The translations under genes and the position numbers were made by a program. The notes beneath the pieces were generated by a model. That model had not been told where the DNA came from, did not search any database, and was given only the letters and a program-made list of their open reading frames with translations. DNA of 64,000 nucleotides from Chitinophagaceae bacterium (GTDB lineage: Bacteria > Bacteroidota > Bacteroidia > Chitinophagales > REEL01). Below, piece by piece: positions 26,240 through 35,335 of the stretch (position 1 is the first letter of the stretch; each line of letters starts with the position of its first letter). The stretch lies in contig REEL01000107.1 of NCBI GenBank assembly GCA_007695095.1, positions 961 to 64,960 on the forward strand, in the 5' to 3' direction.

Positions 26240-26647
26240 ATGAAAAATTATTTTTTTACAATTATTTGTTGCTTTATCTTTTTTTCTTTGTCGGCACAGG
26301 AAGGGTCTGTAGTTTCTGATGGAATTGAAGATGAACAAAACTTTGCGGTTCAGCAAAGAGATGCACAGTTTCCCGGGGGGGACCGGGCCATGAACGACTT
26401 CATATATGAAACGCTGAAATACCCTGAAGAAGCTATCAAGAATCGCGCTGAAGGTAATGCTATGATTTCATTTGATGTTTCAAGTGAAGGCAAAATATCA
26501 AATGTTCATGTTTTGTCCAGAATGGACGATGCACTTGCAGAGGAGGCAAAGCGAATAGTAAAAGAAATGCCTGATTGGGAACCTGCTTTAAGAAACGGAA
26601 CACCTGTAAATGCTAACAAAATCATCACTATTTCATTTAGATTGTAA
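26240..26647 (+). CDS. secreted TonB C-terminal-domain protein
   Basis: Signal peptide plus 'AQFPGGDRAMNDFIYETLKYPEEAIKNRAEGNAMISFDVSSEGKISNVHVL', the TonB_C fold pattern. Confidence 0.75.
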   Translation: MKNYFFTIICCFIFFSLSAQEGSVVSDGIEDEQNFAVQQRDAQFPGGDRAMNDFIYETLKYPEEAIKNRAEGNAMISFDVSSEGKISNVHVLSRMDDALAEEAKRIVKEMPDWEPALRNGTPVNANKIITISFRL

Positions 26648-26655
26648 ATAAATTT

Positions 26656-28341
26656 ATGTACCGGGAAAAAGAAAACAGGGTAGTTGATGGTGTCTTAAAT
26701 TCAGGGGATAATTTCTTTAAAAGCGATTTGCTACTTAAAGAATTTGTTAATAATCATGTTTCTTCCGATGCATTTACTTATATGCATGATCAGTGGACAA
26801 AAACCGGAAAGTCTGCTGCAAATGAAATGAATGAGTGGTCTTACTTGGCTGACAAATTTGGTCCGGAGCTTATCAGGAGAAATATGATTGGAGAAGATAT
26901 ATTTGAAATTCGATTTCATCCTTCTTACGATAGCTTACTAAAAGTAGCTGTCGAATCTGAAATGCTTCATGTTAAATGGGAGCCAAAGCTTCGTAAAAAA
27001 TATAAAAAAGAACTGCATACACTTGGCTTTGTCTCAGGTTATCTTTTTTCTTTAACAGAGCAAGGGCAATACTGTCCACTTTGTATGACAGATGGTGTTG
27101 CCAGACTTATTGATAAATACTGCAAGCAGGAAGTGAAAGATAAACTCTTGCCCGGGATTTATACAAAAAATGCAGAACAGCTTCTAACCGGTGCTATGTA
27201 TTTAACTGAAAAAAGAGGTGGCTCTGATGTTGGAGCGAATATTGTTTCAGCCAATAAAGCTCAAAAAGATACCTTCCTTTTAAATGGTGAAAAATGGTTT
27301 TGCAGCAATGCAAATGCCGACATTATTTTCGCACTTGCCAGAACCGACAATGACAAAAAGGGAACAAAGGGACTTTCTATTTTCTTACTGGAAAAGTATT
27401 TGAAAAACGGTGAAAAAAATCCAATTGAGATTTTGCGTCTAAAAGATAAATTGGGCGTAAGGTCAATGGCTAGTGCAGAATGCATGTTGAAAGACACAGA
27501 GGGCTTGCTGGTTGGAGAGGAGTTCAACGGATTTAAAGTAATGCTGGAAATGATTAATCTGAGTCGATTATACAACAGTCTTGCTGCTTTGTCTGCCGGC
27601 AGACGGGCAATAGTTGAAGCTTATACTTTTTTAAAACAAAGGAAAACTTTCGGTAAAATAGCTTTAGAGCATGCTTTGGTTAAAGATAAACTCGGGGAAT
27701 TGGCTGCTCTCAATATCATCAGCTTTTATATGACCTGGAAAAGTATACAGACTCTTGATAAAGCTGATAATGGTGATGAAAATGCAAAAATTTCAATCCG
27801 GTTGCTAACCCCTATGGTAAAAAAGTTTACTGCTGAAAATTCTGTTTATTTATGTAGGGAAAGCATGGAATTGATGGGAGGTTTAGGTTATATAGAAGAT
27901 GGAATAATTCCCAGGCTTATGAGAGATGTTATGGTTTTGCCTATTTGGGAAGGAGCCGGCAATATTATGATATTGGATATGCTAAGGGCTTCTTTGAAAG
28001 ATGGTGCTTTAGAAAAGCAAGTTCAGTATATTAAACAAACTAGTTTTTTTACCGAGGAGGCTTCAACAATAGTTTCTGAAAAACTACATAAATTGCTACA
28101 AACAGCTGAAAGTTTCAAAAAGCTAAATGGAGATGAACTTGAGTTTGCAGCTAAATATTTTTTCCTGGATTTTATGCCCCTAGTCCAACTTGCGATTTTA
28201 GAAGAATACAGCAATGAAGCTAATCAAGAACGTATGATTGGCGCAAAGGAATACTTACTCTTAAAGATAACTAAAAAGCATAAACAAAAGCCTTACACTA
28301 AAGAGGATGTGATAAACATGATGGCCTGGAATTTTGACTGA
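26656..28341 (+). CDS. acyl-CoA dehydrogenase-family protein (AidB-like long form)
   Basis: 561 aa with 'TEKRGGSDVG', 'LNGEKWFCSNA' and 'MELMGGLGYIED..PRLMRDVMVLPIWEGAGNIM'. Confidence 0.8.
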   Translation: MYREKENRVVDGVLNSGDNFFKSDLLLKEFVNNHVSSDAFTYMHDQWTKTGKSAANEMNEWSYLADKFGPELIRRNMIGEDIFEIRFHPSYDSLLKVAVESEMLHVKWEPKLRKKYKKELHTLGFVSGYLFSLTEQGQYCPLCMTDGVARLIDKYCKQEVKDKLLPGIYTKNAEQLLTGAMYLTEKRGGSDVGANIVSANKAQKDTFLLNGEKWFCSNANADIIFALARTDNDKKGTKGLSIFLLEKYLKNGEKNPIEILRLKDKLGVRSMASAECMLKDTEGLLVGEEFNGFKVMLEMINLSRLYNSLAALSAGRRAIVEAYTFLKQRKTFGKIALEHALVKDKLGELAALNIISFYMTWKSIQTLDKADNGDENAKISIRLLTPMVKKFTAENSVYLCRESMELMGGLGYIEDGIIPRLMRDVMVLPIWEGAGNIMILDMLRASLKDGALEKQVQYIKQTSFFTEEASTIVSEKLHKLLQTAESFKKLNGDELEFAAKYFFLDFMPLVQLAILEEYSNEANQERMIGAKEYLLLKITKKHKQKPYTKEDVINMMAWNFD

Positions 28342-28441
28342 TAGAGAGAAAAATTTATAGAAATTTTAAAAAATAATTTTTACTGAATTTTAGTTTATAT
28401 AAAGCTTATAACATTGATATCCTGATTTAAAAAAAATACAT

Positions 28442-29473
28442 ATGTTTTCTTTTGAAAAGCCGGAAAGTCTATATTTTTTATTAGGTTGGGTTTTATTTTT
28501 ACTGATTTTTTTGTCTTTCTTCTTTTGGAGAAAAAAAGTACTTGCTAAAATTGGGCACTCTTCAACTGTGTTGAAGATGATGCCCTTAAGGCCAGGAGGT
28601 AAGTATATAATCAGTTTCGTGCTTTTTTCAATCAGCTTTTTTTTATTTGTAATTGCCTTGGCAAATCCAAGGGTGGGGACAAGTACTCAAACAGTTAGCA
28701 GGGAAGGAGTAGATGTTTTATTTCTCATGGATGTTTCAAACTCTATGATGGCAGAGGATATTAGGCCTAATCGCTTAGAGAGAGCAAAAAACTTTATGTT
28801 GAGGACTATCGGTGAAATGCGGGGAGATAGAGTTGGAATCGTTGTTTTTGCCGGAGATGCATATTTAAAACTACCTTTAACCGGTGATTATAGAATAGCA
28901 TCAGCATTAACTCAAACACTGAGACCGGAAATGGTTCCTGTGCAGGGGACTAACATTCCCGCTGCACTGGAAAGGGCGGTTAAAAGCTTTGAAGAGGCCG
29001 AAATGGATCACAGAGTAGTTGTATTGATTACGGATGCAGAAAATCATGAAGGAGATATCGAAAGTGCAGTTTCGCTTGCTGTATCAGAAGGAATCAGAAT
29101 TTTTGTTGCAGGAATAGGTACAACCGAAGGAGCTCCAATACCTGTGTATGATAGGAGAGGTATTCAAACAGATTATAGAAGAGATGCAAATGGGAGCATA
29201 GTGCTTACAAGATTTAATGAAGAAAAGGCAAGAATTTTGGCAGAATCAGGAAATGGTAAGTTTATTAATCTCCAAACTACTATGAATGCACATTTTGAGT
29301 TAATAAATGAAATAGGCGAATTGGAAAAAAGAGAAATTGATACAGTGGTTTATGTTGATTTTGAATCATATTTTCAATATTTTCTTTTTGCCGGTTTTTT
29401 ATTCATTTTAATAGACGGATTTATCCCAATGAGAAAATCTATTTGGTGGGATAAACTAAAAAATAAGAATTAA
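28442..29473 (+). CDS. VWA-domain membrane protein, BatA/BatB family
   Basis: N- and C-terminal TM helices and the MIDAS motif 'DVLFLMDVSNSM'. Confidence 0.8.
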   Translation: MFSFEKPESLYFLLGWVLFLLIFLSFFFWRKKVLAKIGHSSTVLKMMPLRPGGKYIISFVLFSISFFLFVIALANPRVGTSTQTVSREGVDVLFLMDVSNSMMAEDIRPNRLERAKNFMLRTIGEMRGDRVGIVVFAGDAYLKLPLTGDYRIASALTQTLRPEMVPVQGTNIPAALERAVKSFEEAEMDHRVVVLITDAENHEGDIESAVSLAVSEGIRIFVAGIGTTEGAPIPVYDRRGIQTDYRRDANGSIVLTRFNEEKARILAESGNGKFINLQTTMNAHFELINEIGELEKREIDTVVYVDFESYFQYFLFAGFLFILIDGFIPMRKSIWWDKLKNKN

Positions 29474-29485
29474 AGGAGCTTATTG

Positions 29486-30289
29486 ATGATAGAAAGTAAA
29501 AGAGGTAATATGATGAGAGCTTTTATATTTATGTTATTTTTATTGGTTTTACTTTCTGAAAGTTTGACTGCTCAAGTTAATATTCAGGGTAGACAAGATT
29601 TGAGAGAGGGTATTAGATTATATGAGGAAGGGAGTTATGAGTTAGCTGAAGAAAGTTTTAGAAGGGCAATTGAAAATAATGCAGGTGACAGAGCTCTTTA
29701 TAATCTGGGAAACACACTTTATGCACAAGGTAGATTTGAGGAAGCTATGGAAGTTTATCAGAGAATACAGCAGGAAGCAACTGATAGGAATTTGCGTTCA
29801 CGTTCGTTTTATAATCAGGGAAATATTCAGTTAGAAAAAGGAGAAATTGGGGAAAGTATTGAAAGCTTTAAAAATGCATTACGATGGAATCCTTCTGATG
29901 TTGATGCAAGGTATAATTTAGCATATGCTTTAAACCGATTACAACAAGAGCCCCCTCCGCCTCCTGAACAGGATCAGGATGAGGAACAAGATGAAAATCA
30001 GGATGAGCAGGAACAGGAAGAAAGTGGAGAAGGTGAAGGAGATGATGATGAACAGGAACAAGAGCCGGGTGATGAAGAAAGAGATGAGCAGGAGCAGGAT
30101 AGCCGGCAGGATGAAGGTGATGCAGATTCTGATGAACAAGAACAGGACGGACAAAGCGACATTGATTTAAGTCCTGAAGATATTGAACGTATATTAGAGG
30201 CTTTGGAAGGTCATGAACAGGAATTGCAGGAAAAGTGGCAGGATGAACAAATAAGTCCGGCTGATAGAAGTATTGAAAAAGATTGGTAG
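29486..30289 (+). CDS. TPR protein BatC-like with long acidic C-terminal tail
   Basis: TPR motifs 'LYNLGNTLYAQGRFEEA', 'FYNQGNIQLEKGE' and 'RYNLAYAL', followed by a D/E/Q-rich tail. The start is ambiguous (29483 TTG, 29486, 29510 or 29513 ATG); the signal-like 'MMRAFIFMLFLLVLL' begins at 29510. Confidence 0.7.
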   Translation: MIESKRGNMMRAFIFMLFLLVLLSESLTAQVNIQGRQDLREGIRLYEEGSYELAEESFRRAIENNAGDRALYNLGNTLYAQGRFEEAMEVYQRIQQEATDRNLRSRSFYNQGNIQLEKGEIGESIESFKNALRWNPSDVDARYNLAYALNRLQQEPPPPPEQDQDEEQDENQDEQEQEESGEGEGDDDEQEQEPGDEERDEQEQDSRQDEGDADSDEQEQDGQSDIDLSPEDIERILEALEGHEQELQEKWQDEQISPADRSIEKDW

Positions 30290-30290
30290 T

Positions 30291-32087
30291 ATGCTAAAGC
30301 AAAAACTTTTTTATTTAATTTTATTTTTAGTTATCCCTTTTGGGCTAATGGCTGAAGTAAGCTTTGAAGCCAGTTTGAATAGAGATAAAGTAGGCATGAT
30401 GCAAACTTTTCAGGTGAGCTTTAAACTAACCAATGCAAGAGGAGGAAATTTTCAACCACCGGATTTGAGTGATTTTATGATAGTTTCCGGCCCAAATCAT
30501 TCAACCAGCGTGCAGAGAATAAATAGGAATGTTGAAGAAACCTTTACCATTTCTTACTTTCTACGGCCAAGAAGACCGGGTAAGTTTACAATAGAGCCTG
30601 CTTCAATAAGTGTAAGTGGAAACGAATATCAGTCTAATCCTTTAACGATAGAAGTGATTGAGGATGACGTAGCACCTGACCAAAGGCAAGAAAGAGAGGA
30701 AACTGTCGATATTACCGCACAAATTCGGGAAAACTTATTTCTCAGATTATCTGCAGACAAAAGTGAAGTTTTTGTTGGAGAACAGTTAACAGTAGATTTA
30801 AAGATATATAGCAGAGTAAGGACAAGTAATTTTGCTTATGAAAACGCTCCTTCTTATAATGGGTTTTGGGTAGAGGAATTAGAGGTTGAAAATACCAATA
30901 TTGGTATTGAAACTGTCGATGGTAGACAATTTGAAGTTTTAAAAGTATCTAAAGTCGCCTTATACCCTCAGCGTTCCGGTTTATTAAAAATTGACCCGGC
31001 TGAGTTGAAAACAACTGTTAGGGTTGAGATTCCCCGACAGAGAAGAAGTTTTTTTGATAGTCCATTTGGAAGTTTTCAAAATATCCCATACTCTTTTAAG
31101 AGCAATGCTTTAGAAATAAAAGTAAAGCCTCTGCCACAAACCGGCAGACCGGAAGGTTTTAATGGAATGGTTGGTGATTTTTCTATTGAAATGCAATATG
31201 ATAAGACATCTCTGGAAGTGGATGAACCATTCACTGTTACATTAAGTAAGATCGGTACCGGCAATTGGCATAATGTAAGTAGCCCAAATTTAACTTTCCA
31301 TGAAAACTTTGAAGTTTTTGACCCCAGAGTAAATCGAAACATCAGACAAAGAAACAATCGTTTAAGAGGTAATATAAATTATGAGTATCTGTTGATACCC
31401 AGAAGACCAGGGAGCTTTACCTTGCCCGAGTATAATTGGGTATATTTTAACCCGCAAACAGAAAGATATGTTTCACTTTCAGTAGGTGGGGATGAAATAT
31501 TGATTGAAGGTGAGGACAGGCTATTATCTGATGCAAATAATATTCAAAGAAGGGAGGTTGAGCGGATAAGTGAGGATATACACTTTATAAGAACCGGAGA
31601 GCTGAAGGATCAAAAAATTCCGGGTCCATTTTATACAAACACACTTTTTATACTCTTATATACAATCCCTCTCGGATTAGCTGTTTTTGGATTTATTTAC
31701 CAAAGGAAAAAAGAGAGAAAGGAAAGGAATCCGGTATTCTGGAAGCAACAACGAGCTTTTGAAATTTTTAGTAAAACCTTAAAATCACTTCAAAAAGGAA
31801 CATTAAGTGATGAAGTGGTAGTTCAAAAGCAGCTCGTAAATGCAGTACACAATTATGTAGGGAATGTTTGCGGTAAAGGACATGCAATAACAGAAAGAGA
31901 TGCAATAACAGAAGAGCTTTTAAAAAAAGGGGTAAGTGAAAAGGCAATTAAAAGCCTGTTAGACTTTATTGAGAAATTTGAGTTGTCTGTTTATGCTCCC
32001 GGTTACAAGTCGGCTTTTTCTGCTGAATCCCAAAAAGAATTATTTAATATAATAGAAACTATAGACCGTGAAGTTGCTAAAGTGTAA
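30291..32087 (+). CDS. BatD-like protein
   Basis: Signal peptide 'LFYLILFLVIPFGLMA', long beta-rich repeats ('PRRPGKFTIEPASI', 'PRRPGSFTLPEYNW') and a late TM helix 'LFILLYTIPLGLAVFGFIY'. The ATG at 30291 directly follows the BatC stop; the track's TTG 30273 is rejected. Confidence 0.7.
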   Translation: MLKQKLFYLILFLVIPFGLMAEVSFEASLNRDKVGMMQTFQVSFKLTNARGGNFQPPDLSDFMIVSGPNHSTSVQRINRNVEETFTISYFLRPRRPGKFTIEPASISVSGNEYQSNPLTIEVIEDDVAPDQRQEREETVDITAQIRENLFLRLSADKSEVFVGEQLTVDLKIYSRVRTSNFAYENAPSYNGFWVEELEVENTNIGIETVDGRQFEVLKVSKVALYPQRSGLLKIDPAELKTTVRVEIPRQRRSFFDSPFGSFQNIPYSFKSNALEIKVKPLPQTGRPEGFNGMVGDFSIEMQYDKTSLEVDEPFTVTLSKIGTGNWHNVSSPNLTFHENFEVFDPRVNRNIRQRNNRLRGNINYEYLLIPRRPGSFTLPEYNWVYFNPQTERYVSLSVGGDEILIEGEDRLLSDANNIQRREVERISEDIHFIRTGELKDQKIPGPFYTNTLFILLYTIPLGLAVFGFIYQRKKERKERNPVFWKQQRAFEIFSKTLKSLQKGTLSDEVVVQKQLVNAVHNYVGNVCGKGHAITERDAITEELLKKGVSEKAIKSLLDFIEKFELSVYAPGYKSAFSAESQKELFNIIETIDREVAKV

Positions 32088-32100
32088 GTTAATTGAACAA

Positions 32101-32880
32101 ATGAAGATTGGTTTCTTTATTCATTTTCGGCTAATTATTTTATTGATAACTTTTGTTTATTCAAATAATTCATTTGCATCCGGAAAAGATTTGTTTGAAA
32201 AAGCAAATAATCAATACAGTGAAGGTTTGTTTTTTGATGCGATAGAAAATTATTACCAATTGCTTGATGAAGGATATAGAAATGCGGATGTATACTTTAA
32301 TTTGGGAAACGCTTATTACAGATTGGGTAAAGTTGGAAAATCTATTCTTAATTATGAGAGAGCTCTTTTGTATGAGCCTGGAAATGCAGAGATTTCTCAC
32401 AATTTATATTTAGCCAATCAAAGAAGTGCAGATATTATTACAGCAGCTGAAGGTAATTTTTTAGATAAAATATGGATAATTTGGAAAGGCTTGTTTACTT
32501 CAACAACCTGGTCTGTTTTGTCTTTGATTTTTATATGGTTTGCCTGTTTGCTCTCTTTACTCGCTATATTTTTCGTTAAATCATTTACGATTAAATTTAC
32601 AGCTTATCTAAGTGCTTTAATCTTTGGCGTTTTTTCTTTTTTCTTTTTATTTACATCAAATACCTTATATAAAGAAAAGTACGAACGTAGTTATGGTATT
32701 TTAATGACTACAACTGCAGATCTGAAAAGTGAGCCTGCAAACAGTGGCGAAACGCTTTTTAGAATAAGTGAAGGAACCCGGTTTGAAGTGTTGCGAAATG
32801 TTGAAAATCACTCCTATGTAAGGCTTGAAAATGCAAATTCCGGATGGCTCAAGAAAGATTATTTCGAAGAAATATTTTAA
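32101..32880 (+). CDS. BatE-like protein (TPR + TM + SH3-like C-terminus)
   Basis: 'VYFNLGNAYYRLGKVGKSILNYERAL', two TM helices and a C-terminal 'GTRFEVLRNVENHSYVRLENANSGWLKKDYF'. I place the start at ATG 32101; the track used GTG 32068. Confidence 0.7.
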   Translation: MKIGFFIHFRLIILLITFVYSNNSFASGKDLFEKANNQYSEGLFFDAIENYYQLLDEGYRNADVYFNLGNAYYRLGKVGKSILNYERALLYEPGNAEISHNLYLANQRSADIITAAEGNFLDKIWIIWKGLFTSTTWSVLSLIFIWFACLLSLLAIFFVKSFTIKFTAYLSALIFGVFSFFFLFTSNTLYKEKYERSYGILMTTTADLKSEPANSGETLFRISEGTRFEVLRNVENHSYVRLENANSGWLKKDYFEEIF

Positions 32881-32910
32881 AGATTCTCAAAAGTGAGCTT
32901 CTGCCGGTTG

Positions 32911-35115
32911 TTAATTGGCCATTTCTGAGAAGAATTTAATCCTCATCAATTGAATTTCTTCATAGCTGATACCTTCATCTTTCAATTCTTTAAAAGCTTC
33001 ATCAAGCTTGTCGTTTTCAGCCTCCATAAAATAATCAAATATTATTTCTTGTTGTTCTTCATCAAGCACATCATTGATGTAATAATTCAGATTAATTTTA
33101 GTACCTGAAAACACAATAGTTTCAATCTCTTTGAGGAGGTCTTCAAATTTGAGTCCTTTCTGGTTAGCGATATCTTCAAGTGGTATTTGTCTGTCAATAT
33201 TTTGAATGATGGAGATTTTTGCAGCAGATTTATTTGCAATCGATTTAATGGTAAAGTCTACAGGCCGATCAATATCATTATCCTCTACATATTGCTCGAT
33301 AAGTTTAACAAATTTTTGCCCATATCGTATAGCCTTACCTTTGCTTACTCCGGAGATGTTTGATAATTCTTCGGTTGTGACAGGGTAATTGGCTGCCATG
33401 TCTTCCAAGGAAGGGTCTTGAAAAATAATGTATGGAGGGACTCCCTTTTCTTTAGCAACTTTCTTTCTGAGATCTTTTAGCAGTTCGTAGAGTTGCGGGT
33501 CTAAAATAGCAGATCGTCCTGAGTCTTCTGAGGATCCGTTCTCGTTAATCTCAAAAATATGATTAAGCGAAATCTCAAAAGGCTTCGGATTTTTAAGGAA
33601 ACTATGACCGGCTTCAGTCATTTTTAAAATACCGTACTGTTCAATATCCTTTCGAATTAAATTTTGTACAAGTGCATTCTGAATTACAGAAGTCCAATGA
33701 TGTTTCTCTTTGGCTTTGCCTTTTCCGAAAAATTTAGTTTTATCATGTGAAAAAGCAATAATGTCTCTGTTTTTTTCACCCGTAATCACACCCACTATGT
33801 GCTTTATCTGATGTTTTTCATTTAGCTCTTTGATAACTTCCAAAGCAGTTAATACATCGTCTTTTACATCAATTTTTGCCTTTGGATTTCGGCAATTATC
33901 ACACATTTTATTACATTGGCTTGTGTCATAACTTTCTCCAAAATAGTGTAATAAAAACTGTCTTCTACAAGATCCTGTTTCTCCGTAAGCAACCATTTCG
34001 TGAAGTAGCTGCGAGCCCATTTCCCGTTTTGCAACCTCTTTATTCCGGATAAATTTCTCCATTTTTTCAATATCCTTGTAGTTGAAATAGGTAATACAGA
34101 TACCTTCCAGACCATCTCTGCCTGCCCTTCCGGTTTCCTGATAATAATTTTCAATACTTTTCGGGATATTAAAATGGATAACGAAGCGAACGTCCGGTTT
34201 ATCTATACCCATACCAAACGCAATTGTAGCTACAATTACATCGGTTTCTTCCATCAAAAAATCGTCCTGTGTCTTAGCCCTAACAGCCGGATCCAGACCG
34301 GCATGGTATGGGGCCGCTTTAATTCCGTTTACAACTAAAGTCTGAGCAATTTCTTCAGCAGATTTCCTGCTTAAAACATAAATTATACCGGACTTACCGG
34401 GCTTTGTTTTAATAAACTGAACGATACTCTTCTTTGTATCCGAATCATTTGATTTATTTCTTATTTCATAATACAGATTGGTTCTGTTAAATGAAGAAAC
34501 ATATATGTTGGGAGTTTTTAGTCCAAGGTTTTTTACAATATCAGATTTAACTTTGGGTGTTGCTGTAGCAGTTAGAGCTATTAAAGGAATATTCGTTCCA
34601 ATAAAATCTACCATCAAACGAATTCGTCTGTATTCAGGCCTAAAATCATGACCCCACTCAGATATACAGTGTGCCTCATCAATTGCAACAAAAGAAACAT
34701 TTAATCCTTTAAAAAACTCTAAATTTTCTTCTTTTGTAAGCGTCTCCGGAGCCACATAAAGCATTTTTGTCTCCCCGCTTATTAAATCTTCTTTTACTTT
34801 CCTTATCTGAGCTTTAGTCAGGGAGGAATTCAAAAAATGCGCAATGTTAGGGTTTTGGCTATATGCCCTCATTTGATCAACCTGATTTTTCATCAGAGCT
34901 ATCAAAGGAGATATTACTATTGCTGAACCTTTACTTAAAATTGCAGGAAGTTGATAACAGAGAGATTTACCCCCACCTGTAGGCATTAAAACAAATGTAT
35001 CATTACCTTTTAAAATGCTCTGTATTATAGATTCCTGATTGTCTTTAAAGTTATCAAACCCGAAATAATCTTTCAGAGCTTGCTTTATATTTATACGTTC
35101 TTCTGCTATTTCCAT
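32911..35115 (-). CDS. recQ: ATP-dependent DNA helicase RecQ
   Basis: Walker A 'MPTGGGKSLCYQLPA', 'AIDEAHCISEWGHDFRPEY', the Zn-binding Cys cluster 'CRRQFLLHYFGE...CNKMCDNC' and a C-terminal HRDC-like region; 734 aa. Confidence 0.95.
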   Translation of the reverse strand: MEIAEERINIKQALKDYFGFDNFKDNQESIIQSILKGNDTFVLMPTGGGKSLCYQLPAILSKGSAIVISPLIALMKNQVDQMRAYSQNPNIAHFLNSSLTKAQIRKVKEDLISGETKMLYVAPETLTKEENLEFFKGLNVSFVAIDEAHCISEWGHDFRPEYRRIRLMVDFIGTNIPLIALTATATPKVKSDIVKNLGLKTPNIYVSSFNRTNLYYEIRNKSNDSDTKKSIVQFIKTKPGKSGIIYVLSRKSAEEIAQTLVVNGIKAAPYHAGLDPAVRAKTQDDFLMEETDVIVATIAFGMGIDKPDVRFVIHFNIPKSIENYYQETGRAGRDGLEGICITYFNYKDIEKMEKFIRNKEVAKREMGSQLLHEMVAYGETGSCRRQFLLHYFGESYDTSQCNKMCDNCRNPKAKIDVKDDVLTALEVIKELNEKHQIKHIVGVITGEKNRDIIAFSHDKTKFFGKGKAKEKHHWTSVIQNALVQNLIRKDIEQYGILKMTEAGHSFLKNPKPFEISLNHIFEINENGSSEDSGRSAILDPQLYELLKDLRKKVAKEKGVPPYIIFQDPSLEDMAANYPVTTEELSNISGVSKGKAIRYGQKFVKLIEQYVEDNDIDRPVDFTIKSIANKSAAKISIIQNIDRQIPLEDIANQKGLKFEDLLKEIETIVFSGTKINLNYYINDVLDEEQQEIIFDYFMEAENDKLDEAFKELKDEGISYEEIQLMRIKFFSEMAN

Positions 35116-35335
35116 GTATTTTACTTACTGAATTGATACTAAAAACTTAATTTTATGTTAATATAATTTATTTAGGCAATATTTCAATGAAATCTGTTGT
35201 GTATTTTTTTTAAAGCAGATTCTAATTATTAAATGTCATTTTTCATCTTGTGAAAAAATGTAGTAATATTGCATTGAAATGAACATACGAAGTTAACAAA
35301 TTTATGTTCATTTTTATTGGAAAAATTAAAAAACA

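Noticed and set aside
29939-30170. Alternative-frame ORFs (71 aa minus strand, 63 aa plus strand) across the BatC acidic tail.
   Set aside because: They are artefacts of GA-rich low-complexity DNA lacking stop codons in several frames. The in-frame continuation of the TPR protein is the parsimonious reading.
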